From contig CAXXVK010000042.1 in assembly GCA_963676915.2 (NCBI GenBank), forward strand, positions 1 to 24,649: DNA of 24,649 bases, given 5' to 3'. Position 1 is the first letter of the stretch. Each line of letters starts with the position of its first letter. Under the pieces are notes generated by a model. It saw nothing but the letters and a program-made list of their open reading frames with translations, was not told the origin of the DNA and ran no database searches. Origin of the DNA: Myxococcota bacterium. Lineage in GTDB: Bacteria > Myxococcota_A > SURF-8 > G963663525. The position numbers and the translations under genes are program-made. This document shows, in pieces, positions 1-8,383 of the stretch.

Positions 1-161
1 GGAGCCGGAGCGTTTTCAGGTTCCGAAACGGCGGGTTCCACGGTCGGTTCGGGGTTCGTTTCTGTCTGCGCCCATGCGCTGGAAACAAGACAAACCTGCG
101 CAAGTATCACCAGTGTCAAGAATGCCGAAATATGCGGAAATCTTTGAGATATTCCGTTCAA
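1..161 (-). CDS. 5' part of a secreted hypothetical protein, runs off the window start
   Basis: Not in the ORF track. Manual translation from TTG at 161 gives MNGISQRFPHISAFLTLVILAQVCLVSSAWA-QTETNPEPTVEPAVSEPENAPA: a Sec signal peptide with an AWA cleavage site, then a Pro/Glu linker. It is codirectional with the cytochrome gene. The start is uncertain (in-frame GTG at 194, TTG at 167 and 182). Confidence 0.6.
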   Translation of the reverse strand, partial: MNGISQRFPHISAFLTLVILAQVCLVSSAWAQTETNPEPTVEPAVSEPENAPA

Positions 162-208
162 TGGCAATTTTTGTCCGGACAACGATAACGACACGATCGG
201 CTCCAGCG

Positions 209-562
209 CTATTTTTTCACTTTGACGTGACATTCCTTGCACTTATTCGTCGGGCCTTTTTTAATCTGCTTGTGGCACCCACGGCATTGTTTGTGCGCAG
301 CGGTTTTCATCGTGGGGATGTTATTCTGGGCTTTCTGCTTGTGGCAGTCGGAACATTTTTTCTCGACGGTTTCGCCCTTCATCTCGTGGTGGCAGGTCTT
401 ACAGGTTAGTCCTTCCAGTGCGGCATGTTTGGCGTGGGAAAAAGTAACGACTCCCTGCCGAGCTTCGAGTTTGATGACTTCCGGCGCAGCAGCATAGACC
501 AAAGCGGCAAACGACAACAGAACCACGAGAACAGCGGTCAGATGGGCGAACAGCGACTTCAT
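209..562 (-). CDS. Periplasmic tetraheme cytochrome c3 (class III cytochrome c)
   Basis: Signal peptide (MKSLF...VYA), the class III motif VTFSHAKH, and four haem sites: CKTCHH, CSDCH, CRGCH, CKECH. Lys-rich. GAGG RBS upstream of ATG 562. Confidence 0.92.
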   Translation of the reverse strand: MKSLFAHLTAVLVVLLSFAALVYAAAPEVIKLEARQGVVTFSHAKHAALEGLTCKTCHHEMKGETVEKKCSDCHKQKAQNNIPTMKTAAHKQCRGCHKQIKKGPTNKCKECHVKVKK

Positions 563-649
563 GAAAAACCTCGAAACGATGTACAAAAGTATATGCTTGT
601 CGGCATTATAGCCACAAGAATACTCAAATCACGAAACAATTCCGAAAAA

Positions 650-2312
650 TCACTTCGGAAATATCAGTTTTCCGGGGTTCATCACACCTTCGGGATCGAA
701 ATGCTGTTGCAGGGTTCGCAGCGTTGAAACACCCAGCGTGCCTTTTTCACCTTCCATCCAGTCGCGGTGATCCAGACCGACACCGTGGTGGTGACTGATT
801 GTTCCGCCATGTTTCGCCAACGCATCGGACGCGGCTTTTTTGATCGGCCACCATTGCCCTACCGGATCGTTGGCATCCAGTGGATACATAAAGATGAAAT
901 AGACACAGCTTCCCACAGCATACGAATGGGGACAAATGCGCCATTACGATGCATTTTCGCCCTGTTTTTTCCAGCGTCTGGCGGATTGCCTTTTTCACGG
1001 CATGGGTCAGCGGAAGGATTTGGTCCCAGGTAACGGAAGTTTCCAGCGTTTCGGTGGCAATACCCCGGTCCAACAGATCGTCGCGTAGGTACGGATGATG
1101 GAAGCGATCGTGAAGCCAGTTTTTTCGCGGGGGAGGTTCCCAGGTTCAGACCTTTGTGCCGTTTGCAGATCGAAACACAGCTAGCCACCTCACGATGCAC
1201 GGCCTTTCGTTCGCCTTCGGTACCAACCAGCAGCACCGACTTGCTTTTTCCGTAGCCCATCGCAGCCAGAACGTCCAATCCCAGACCTTTGATGCCTTCG
1301 GTACCGGTGAGATCGAGATAAAACGATGTTTCTCCTTCGTCGGACAATCGCATGAACGACGGTTTCAACCCTGCTTGCACGATGTCTCGTACAGCCTCTT
1401 TGCCCTGCTCGAAAGTCTTGAACATCACCGCTTGAATACGGTGATACTCCGGTACAGGATGAATCGCGACTGTGGCTTCGGTAATCACGCCCAACGTGCC
1501 TTCCGAACCGGCAATCAGTCCTTTCAAATCCGGTCCTGCCGCTGAAGCCGGACCGTTCCAGGTAACCAGTTCACCCGCCGGACTGACCATGCGACAGGAA
1601 ACCAGCAAGTCTTCGATTCGTCCGTATTTGATTGGATTGCTGCCCGGCGGAACGGGCGGCGATCCATCCGCCGAGAGTGGAAAACTCGAAAGATTGCGGG
1701 TAGTGACCCAGCGACCAGCCCCAGCGGATTCAGTTCACGTTCGATAGCCGGACCATAGGTGCCTGCTCCGAACGTCGCGGTACGGCTTTGAAGATCCAGC
1801 GACACCAAGCCTTCCAGGCGGGTCGTATCGAGAGTAATAACCGGTCGTTTGCGCTCGTCCGAAGCTTCCACTCCGCCGACTACGCTGGAGCCACCGCCGA
1901 AAGGAACGAGGCTCCATTGTTTTTCCCGAGCAAGTTCGATCAAAGAGGATACTTCCGCCGTTGAAACGGGATAAACCACGGCATCGGGAACGGCCTCAAT
2001 GATTCCCTTACGGATACGCACGAGATCGTGCAGGCTTTTTCCATAGGCGTGAGCCAGTCGCTCGAAGCGATCGTAAACCAATCCTTTTTTCCCTACGACG
2101 GCCTCCAACATGGAAAGGTCCGTAGGCGTCAGTTTCGAATCAGGAAGAGGTATTTCCTCAATGTTTATCGGAGGTTGGGAAACCTGGCTGCAATCCACAT
2201 CCAGGGTTTGGGACAATTGCCGGTAAAACGCTTCATCGCGTCCTTTGTGGTCGTAGGAAATATCCGTCCAGCCCCAGCCGAAAAGCTTCATCCGTTTGCG
2301 GTCGATAGTCAT
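650..2312 (-). pseudogene. Alkyl-dihydroxyacetonephosphate synthase (AGPS)-like FAD-linked oxidoreductase with four +1 frameshifts (pseudogene or sequencing error)
   Basis: Stitched frames give MTIDRKRMKLFGWGW...PDAVVYP...PFGGGSSVVGG...[33 protein letters not shown]...GPDL...GSEGTLGVIT...HPYLRD...ETLETSVTW...HLSHSYAVGSCVYF...GGTISHHHGVG...DPEGVMNPGKL, about 552 aa after removing 4 nt. Extra bases lie at about 1719-1722, 1630, 1120-1125 and 928-931. GGAG RBS before ATG 2312. Confidence 0.85.
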
Positions 2313-2477
2313 GCCGGTTACTCCGTCGTTTCTCGTTTTCCTGAGGGGAATACAATACCAGCGCGAAGGGTTTGTCAACCTTGTAAAAAACCATAAAAAA
2401 ACCACGGTGAAAACACCATGGTTTGAAAACGAATCTAAACGTTGCTATTTATACCTCAACACCATTCTCCGGCAGTG

Positions 2478-3014
2478 CTATTTGAGCGAAAGCCTGAAGC
2501 CGTCTTTCACGGCTTCCAGTTTCAGGTACGGTCCCCATTTGTCCAATTTGTTGCGGTATTTCTCGGGCACTTTGTCGCTGGCGAACAACTGTTTGATCTG
2601 TTTGCGCAATTCCGCTTCAAGCATCGAATTGACCGTCGGTCCGAGATCGTTGATTCCCAATTTCACCGGACCGAGTTTCACGCTCCAGTCCCGATAGTCT
2701 TTGCAGGTAACATCCGGCCAGTTCATATCAGGGATGCACGTTACACTGACTTCGGTTTTGAACGTCTTTTTCAGCGGTTTTTTCACTTTTAGAAGAAGTT
2801 TGGTTTCTACCTTCATACGATTCTCGTCGCCATGGCTGAACCGCAGGTTTTTCATATTCACTTTGCCCATGGGGAATTTTGCGATTTGGACGGTGTTTGT
2901 TTCGGTTTGTTGGTTGATTTTAGTATAGGGTATCGTATAGGAAAACAACGAACAGGCAACAAATGACAAAGCGGTCAGGGTCAACACAAAAATCAGCACA
3001 GAAAACCGACGCAT
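2478..3014 (-). CDS. Basic lipoprotein of unknown function
   Basis: MRR plus hydrophobic core plus lipobox FVAC. The mature part is Lys-rich with one Cys pair. GAGG RBS upstream. Confidence 0.75.
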   Translation of the reverse strand: MRRFSVLIFVLTLTALSFVACSLFSYTIPYTKINQQTETNTVQIAKFPMGKVNMKNLRFSHGDENRMKVETKLLLKVKKPLKKTFKTEVSVTCIPDMNWPDVTCKDYRDWSVKLGPVKLGINDLGPTVNSMLEAELRKQIKQLFASDKVPEKYRNKLDKWGPYLKLEAVKDGFRLSLK

Positions 3015-3104
3015 TTCGCACCTCTTTGCAATAAATGATGATTCACGCGAATCTTAGCCGAAACTTTCGACTTGGCAACCATTTTTGTTTCATGTGCGGA
3101 GAAG

Positions 3105-3150
3105 AAAAAAAACCTGGATTGATTCACTTTAGATGAGTATCAACCCAGGT
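3105..3150 (-). terminator. Intrinsic terminator after the metalloprotease gene
   Basis: Minus strand ACCTGGGTTGAT...ATCAATCCAGGT (12 bp, one G-U pair) followed by a T run, about 40 nt after the stop at 3191. Confidence 0.7.
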
Positions 3151-3190
3151 ATTTATTTGTGTTTAGCTTGTAATGACGGAGAAACTCCCA

Positions 3191-6121
3191 CTATTTCGTT
3201 TCGTTATAACGGAATTTCCGACGGGACAGACCCAACAGCACGAGTAATGTCAAAAACGCTCCACCTGCCGGAATTGAGTCCGCCAATCGACACCCACCGC
3301 CTTTGACTCCGGCCAATCCGACCTGCCAACCTGTTTCGCTGGTGTCTTCATCACCGCCGGTAGAGGGCATATCGGCAGGAGCTACCCAGTCGATATCGGC
3401 AGCGGGATCGCCCGAATCCTCGTTTTCTCCGGCTATATCTTCCGAGTCTTCGGAAATGTCTTCGTCACCGTCTACAACCGGTTGCGAGCTTTTTGGTGTG
3501 CGCATCAAACATACGTCGTCGATCGTCCAGCCACCGAACTGCAATCCGGCATCGCTTTGCAATTCCCAACGAATCTGCACCTCGGAGACTCCCGCCGCGT
3601 AAGGCGTGATGTCGAGATCGAAAAACACCCACTCGGCATCCTGGTGATGCAATTCACCGCCACCGATGGCGTTGGTCCAAACGATCTGATCGTTGACGTA
3701 GATTCTTGCCTGATCGTATCGTCCGTCCTCGACGGTCAGCCAGCGGCGAAATTGAAGCCGAACGTGCCCTTCACTGGAAAGATCCCAGGTCGGACTGATC
3801 AACGTATTGGTTTTGCTGGCCTGATAGGTTCCGTTCCAGTTCTGCTCCGGTGCGAGATCGTTTCCCCAACAGAACGTTCCGCTATAGGCGACTTCCGGGT
3901 CGCCTCCTTGTCCTCTCGGGCTGGACAACTGCCAGTCGTCCGCTCCTTCACCACTCTCACCGGCGAGCAAGGCATGGGTCCATTCGCCTTCTTCTCCAGA
4001 CTCGAAGTCGTTGCAATGGATGACTTCCAGCTCCCCAAGATAAACCTGGTAATACGGTTCTGCCGGATTGGAGGGAAGTGTTATCACTTCATCGCTTTCT
4101 GTATCTTGGGCTTCGATGCGATACAAAAGTTTGGTTTCAGACTCAAAGCCATCGAGTTCGGTTGAGAAACGGGCGCCTTCTCCCTCTTCCATCTCTTTGT
4201 CCAACCAGTTTTCACCTTCATCAAGACTGTAAACCAGGTGAACGTTCCCCTCGAAGTTGCCTTTGCACTGGGGATAACTGGATTGAATGACAGCAGAGAA
4301 CTGCAGTGGTTCGCTGAGGTCGGCTACATAGTCGAGAGGATTGTGTTGGAAATTTAAGCCACCTGTGTTTTCTTCCACAAGACCATGTCTCGCGTAGGCG
4401 GATACGATGGAACAGATGTTCGGAGTTCCGTTGGTCAAATCGCCGTCATCGTCATCGACCAACAGAGTCGATTCATACATACTCGGGATATCCTGCACGA
4501 TTTTGACCAAAGCTGCATAAATCCGCAGCATTTCGTTCTGGCCTTCTTCTTTGCCAAGGTCGGAGATCAACAGCGTTCGTAAATCCCACAAAGCGCCACC
4601 GGCAATCAGACCGGTTTGGTGGGGGTCGTAGTTGGATTGATCATCCGGCCAGGATTTGTCTTCTTCGATATTGCGCAGGGAATCGCCGCCGGTAAAGAAA
4701 TGCGGGCATAGATGGTAATCCTCGGTGATTGAAGCTGACATGAAATCGGCGACACCTTCTCCCATCGCTTCATCGTAATTTCCTACGCCTTCAACGATAC
4801 TGAAGTAATGGAAGCCGTGGCCGAACTCGTGGTACACCACGTCGGCCAGCATCCCGGTATTGTTGCAGGAATAGCCATAGCCACTGTTACCGGCACGCAG
4901 GAATGTAAGATCTCCATCGAACCAGGCGTTGCAAGCGGGATATTCGCTATTGGAAAAATTGACTGTCACCGTGATCGGATAGGTCAACCAGGTTACGTCG
5001 GGTGCAAACGATAACGCATGTTGCCTCACATCCGAAACGAACTGGAACGCCGTAATCTGGGCCAGATCATATTCGTCCGACGCTTCGAGCACTACGGTTT
5101 CGGCGGGCGTCGCCGCATTGAAATTCCATTCGTACTCATCACCGACCGAATTGACAACGTCCGAGTACCGACCGGTCATTTCCATCGACAGATCCGTGGT
5201 TGAACTGCTGAAAGAAATTATACCTTCTTCGTCCGTATAATGATTCCCGTCGCTACTGCGAACATACAGGTTAGGCACCGGAGACGTGATCCATGAACCG
5301 GCTGGGTTGCGGTCGCGGTATTTGGATTCGATCCTGTAGTCATCGAAAAGGCGCTCATCATGAATTCCGACGAGTTCGATCTTCGAGGCATCCACGTAAG
5401 CCGTCCATTTTCCCCAGCTTTCACCTTTTAACGGAACGACGTACACCAAGCGATAGTCGATGGAATCGTTTTCGATCCACGGCAGCAGCGCACGTTCGCT
5501 TTCACCGGAAACTTTCGCTGCAAGTCCTTTATCGGCGAGCCATTGCAACGCAACGGCATGGGCTTGAGTTTCAGAAACGTTCAGTTCAGGAACATCGCCG
5601 GACGGAAAACCCGACGCCTGCGCCATTACCAGTCGCCCGTGCTTGATTGCTACGAAAAAGCTTGTTCCAAGCACCGGATAGCCCTGCATCGTCTGCCGAT
5701 GACTCACAAAGCGGATGCCCGCCGCCGTTTGATTGACAAGCGGTTGTAGGTCTTCGATACGCATTCCGGAGGGTAACCAACTTTCGTTGGTTTTCCAGAA
5801 TTCCATTGCAATTTTAAGGGCTTGCGCGTCATCGGACATCGCGCTTGCTCCGACATTGATTCCCTGACCCCAGACTTTGCGGAAGTGGCCGGTAGGACCG
5901 AAACGCCGTTGAGTCCAGCCTTCACCATAACGTTTACGAAACGCTTTGGGTGCCGGTTGTACGACCCGGGGAGCGGTAACCACGCCGTGACCGGCAAACC
6001 ACTGCATTGGCTGAGGAATCGACTCGATTCGCAGATCCTTTTTTTCCTGGGCTTGAGAAGAAACGGGAATTGCTACCAATGCGAGCCAGAAGAACAGGAA
6101 GAAAAACGAACGGTGGATCAT
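3191..6121 (-). CDS. Secreted M36 (fungalysin)/M4-like zinc metalloprotease with propeptide, C-terminal beta-sandwich domains and a Gly-Gly-Gly-Cys/TM/basic (MYXO-CTERM/GC_trans_RRR-like) sorting tail
   Basis: Signal peptide MIHRSFF...SQA. FTP/PepSY-like propeptide (QTMQGYPV; WTAYVDA). Zinc motif YHEFGH with third ligand in AMGEGVAD, and PHQTG. Immune-inhibitor-A/MAM-like domain (NDFESG...LISPTWDLS...GWTIDDV). Acidic linker, then GGGC-x9-GAFLTLLVLLGL-SRRK. AAGGAG RBS before ATG 6121. Confidence 0.85.
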   Translation of the reverse strand: MIHRSFFFLFFWLALVAIPVSSQAQEKKDLRIESIPQPMQWFAGHGVVTAPRVVQPAPKAFRKRYGEGWTQRRFGPTGHFRKVWGQGINVGASAMSDDAQALKIAMEFWKTNESWLPSGMRIEDLQPLVNQTAAGIRFVSHRQTMQGYPVLGTSFFVAIKHGRLVMAQASGFPSGDVPELNVSETQAHAVALQWLADKGLAAKVSGESERALLPWIENDSIDYRLVYVVPLKGESWGKWTAYVDASKIELVGIHDERLFDDYRIESKYRDRNPAGSWITSPVPNLYVRSSDGNHYTDEEGIISFSSSTTDLSMEMTGRYSDVVNSVGDEYEWNFNAATPAETVVLEASDEYDLAQITAFQFVSDVRQHALSFAPDVTWLTYPITVTVNFSNSEYPACNAWFDGDLTFLRAGNSGYGYSCNNTGMLADVVYHEFGHGFHYFSIVEGVGNYDEAMGEGVADFMSASITEDYHLCPHFFTGGDSLRNIEEDKSWPDDQSNYDPHQTGLIAGGALWDLRTLLISDLGKEEGQNEMLRIYAALVKIVQDIPSMYESTLLVDDDDGDLTNGTPNICSIVSAYARHGLVEENTGGLNFQHNPLDYVADLSEPLQFSAVIQSSYPQCKGNFEGNVHLVYSLDEGENWLDKEMEEGEGARFSTELDGFESETKLLYRIEAQDTESDEVITLPSNPAEPYYQVYLGELEVIHCNDFESGEEGEWTHALLAGESGEGADDWQLSSPRGQGGDPEVAYSGTFCWGNDLAPEQNWNGTYQASKTNTLISPTWDLSSEGHVRLQFRRWLTVEDGRYDQARIYVNDQIVWTNAIGGGELHHQDAEWVFFDLDITPYAAGVSEVQIRWELQSDAGLQFGGWTIDDVCLMRTPKSSQPVVDGDEDISEDSEDIAGENEDSGDPAADIDWVAPADMPSTGGDEDTSETGWQVGLAGVKGGGCRLADSIPAGGAFLTLLVLLGLSRRKFRYNETK

Positions 6122-6216
6122 CAAAGACTCCTTCGGTAGGCGAGAACCATGCTTTTTCACTACGAAAACATTTCCTGTCGGCAACCGTCGTCGAAATTGC
6201 CTCAAAATACGTTCCG

Positions 6217-6244
6217 ACTATACTATAACACTTGAATCCTTCAA
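6217..6244 (-). promoter_or_regulatory. Candidate sigma70 promoter for the metalloprotease
   Basis: Minus strand TTGAAG-N16-TATAGT, overlapping a TGtTATAGT extended -10, about 95 nt upstream of ATG 6121. Pattern match only. Confidence 0.3.
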
Positions 6245-6357
6245 AACAATCATTTCAGATTGTTGTATTGCTTCATTCACAGCCAATTTTTGTCGGTCGC
6301 AAAATTGGACGTCTGAACCGAACTTTTTTAGAGTTCCACATTGTATCCAGTCAAAAG

Positions 6358-8028
6358 CTAGCCTAGCCAGGGGTGGCGTGCTCTCCGATACAGTACCGGG
6401 ACAGCAAACAGCAGACACAGCAAGAGAAATGGTCCCGAGGAAGCATGTACCAGCGTTGTCGGTTCGAGAATCGGCATATCCGCTACGACGACGCCCGGAC
6501 CATCTTCGAAGGGATCGTGGCTGGCCAGAACGAAACCTTTGGGCGAAACGATGGCAATGATTCCGCCTTTCGCCGCTCGTACGATGCCGTAATGGTTCTC
6601 CAGGGTGCGGAACCGGCTGTTCTCGAAATGATAATCCATAACTTCCGGCCAGTCGTTGGTGGGAACAGCTACGACCTGCACACCTGCCTGGGCATATTGG
6701 GAGGATAAGTCACGGAAGTTGTCGTCCTGACAGATCATTCCTCCAACCGCGACACCATCGATGGTTACATGCACCAGTGTTCCGTCACCGGGATTGTAGG
6801 TTTCAAGTCCTGATATCAAATGCGTTTTTTCATACTGTGTCACGACTTCACCGGAAGGAGCGATAAACGCCAACCGGTTTTTCCGGTCTTGCTTATCGAA
6901 ATAGCCAACACCAAGCCAGATTCCGTATTTTTTCGACAGATCGCCAAACTTGCCTAAAAATTCCTCTTTTTCCTTGTCTTTCAGGCGAATACCGACCTCC
7001 GGGGTGACAATCAACCGCGCTCCCTGTTTGGCCGCCATGTCAATCAACCGAGCGTACAACGTCTCGAACAGCACGTAGTTGGAATCTTTTTGTTCTTGAT
7101 TGAGTCCTTCTTTGGTCCAACCGATCGCACCGACCCGAAGCCTGCCGGAATATGGCGTGGCGAGATGCAACAGACTAACCAAGATCACAAATCCCACAAG
7201 AATGCCCAACATGGCCTGAGAAAACCTACGCTCGGCGGCATTCCACCGCATCGCCAGAACAAGCGCTTGCACGGCCACCACCACAAAAGCCACACCCGAC
7301 ATACCCGTCAGAGACACAAACTGAATTGTGCTCGGAGCCGCACTCCATACCTTATACATGGACTGCGCGGTTCCCCAGAAATCGAACAGGCTGACGCTCA
7401 ACCAGTCCAGAATTGCCGCCGTCGCCGCCAGAGCCAGCGCAGACACCACACCCGGACGCCTCAACAAAACGTGAGCCGCCAAAGCAAAAAGCGCCCAGAA
7501 CAGCGAAAAATACAAGGCAAAACCGATATCGAGATACCAGGGGAAATCGAGTTTAATCAAAAGAGGTATGGCATAAGCCATGGTCGCAACGACTCCCGCA
7601 AAAGCCGCTGAACCGGGAGTTTTAAAATGGTTTTTCACAGCAAACAGCAAGGGAACCCACGCCACGAGTTGCAAGGGCCAGGCATGAACCGGATCGTCCG
7701 AAATGAAAAACAACAGACCCGTCAACAAAGCCAGCAACAATCCGCGTCCATGGCTACTCGTCGTTTCTGTATGACATTGTCCTTTATGTACCATTTGCCA
7801 GTTTCCTCCTGAAAAACGAAAGTTCCGTCCTTCGCTCTCTACAAACACTTCCAATCCTTCTTCGGCCTCGCTAAACGTCCAGGAATCCCTAACGAACCGG
7901 GCGATTCCGTGGGCGTGGCCTTTCCAGACGCCTTCGGGAACATCCAAAATGCCGTACACCTCTCCATCTTTCGGAGTCTTCGGGGGTTCGTTGCGGCATT
8001 CGATCAAATGCAGCGGGTGACTAGGCAT
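6358..8028 (-). CDS. lnt: Apolipoprotein N-acyltransferase (Lnt)-like membrane nitrilase/CN-hydrolase with an N-terminal DUF2793-like domain
   Basis: Several TM helices with Lnt-like AWVPLL and IQFVSLTGMSGVAF segments. Nitrilase triad E (TPE), K (YEKTHL), C (MICQD); PTNDW; RTLENHYGIVRAA; C-terminal TM. Residues 1-77 fit the DUF2793 pattern. Motifs diverge from canonical Lnt, so orthology is not certain. Confidence 0.8.
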   Translation of the reverse strand: MPSHPLHLIECRNEPPKTPKDGEVYGILDVPEGVWKGHAHGIARFVRDSWTFSEAEEGLEVFVESEGRNFRFSGGNWQMVHKGQCHTETTSSHGRGLLLALLTGLLFFISDDPVHAWPLQLVAWVPLLFAVKNHFKTPGSAAFAGVVATMAYAIPLLIKLDFPWYLDIGFALYFSLFWALFALAAHVLLRRPGVVSALALAATAAILDWLSVSLFDFWGTAQSMYKVWSAAPSTIQFVSLTGMSGVAFVVVAVQALVLAMRWNAAERRFSQAMLGILVGFVILVSLLHLATPYSGRLRVGAIGWTKEGLNQEQKDSNYVLFETLYARLIDMAAKQGARLIVTPEVGIRLKDKEKEEFLGKFGDLSKKYGIWLGVGYFDKQDRKNRLAFIAPSGEVVTQYEKTHLISGLETYNPGDGTLVHVTIDGVAVGGMICQDDNFRDLSSQYAQAGVQVVAVPTNDWPEVMDYHFENSRFRTLENHYGIVRAAKGGIIAIVSPKGFVLASHDPFEDGPGVVVADMPILEPTTLVHASSGPFLLLCLLFAVPVLYRRARHPWLG

Positions 8029-8279
8029 AGCGTATTTCCTGTGGTTTCAGTTCGTCGGAATATCGGCCGGAGAGAATTCCCCCAAACCATGGTTGTTTGA
8101 AATAGCACATATCGGACAAACTCGGCAAGGGTGCTTCGGAATCTTTCGTTTATGGTTACTGAGGGGTGCATTACAAAATATAGCGACTTTCAAACTGCCA
8201 AGCGATGGACGGGGATTTTTATATTGATGATACTAAGCATGATTATATTCCTACCCATAACTGTACGGTTTTAACATTT

Positions 8280-8318
8280 AAAAAAAAGGCACTTACACTA
8301 AATCGTGGGTGCCTTTTT
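8280..8318 (-). terminator. Intrinsic terminator after the FGE-sulfatase gene
   Basis: AAAAAGGCAC(TTAC)...(GTGG)GTGCCTTTTT inverted repeat, with a T8 run following on the minus strand. Potentially bidirectional. Confidence 0.7.
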
Positions 8319-8383
8319 AGTAGATGAATAATGAGACCGAGTTGAAATAGAGCTGAGTGTACAAAGGTGCACTCAAGTGAAAA

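Noticed and set aside
650-2405. Treating ORFs 650-916, 747-1073, 859-1608 and 1524-2405 as separate genes or as programmed frameshifting
   Set aside because: They are consecutive pieces of one AGPS-like protein. Four independent recoding events with no shared slippery motif are implausible.
3482-4165. 227-aa plus-strand ORF inside the protease gene
   Set aside because: Antisense shadow with no protein-like motifs.
2409-8099. Shared 11-mer CAAACCATGGT upstream of the AGPS-like gene (about 2415-2425, minus strand) and the lnt-like gene (8083-8093)
   Set aside because: Only two instances built on a short palindromic core, which could easily be chance.
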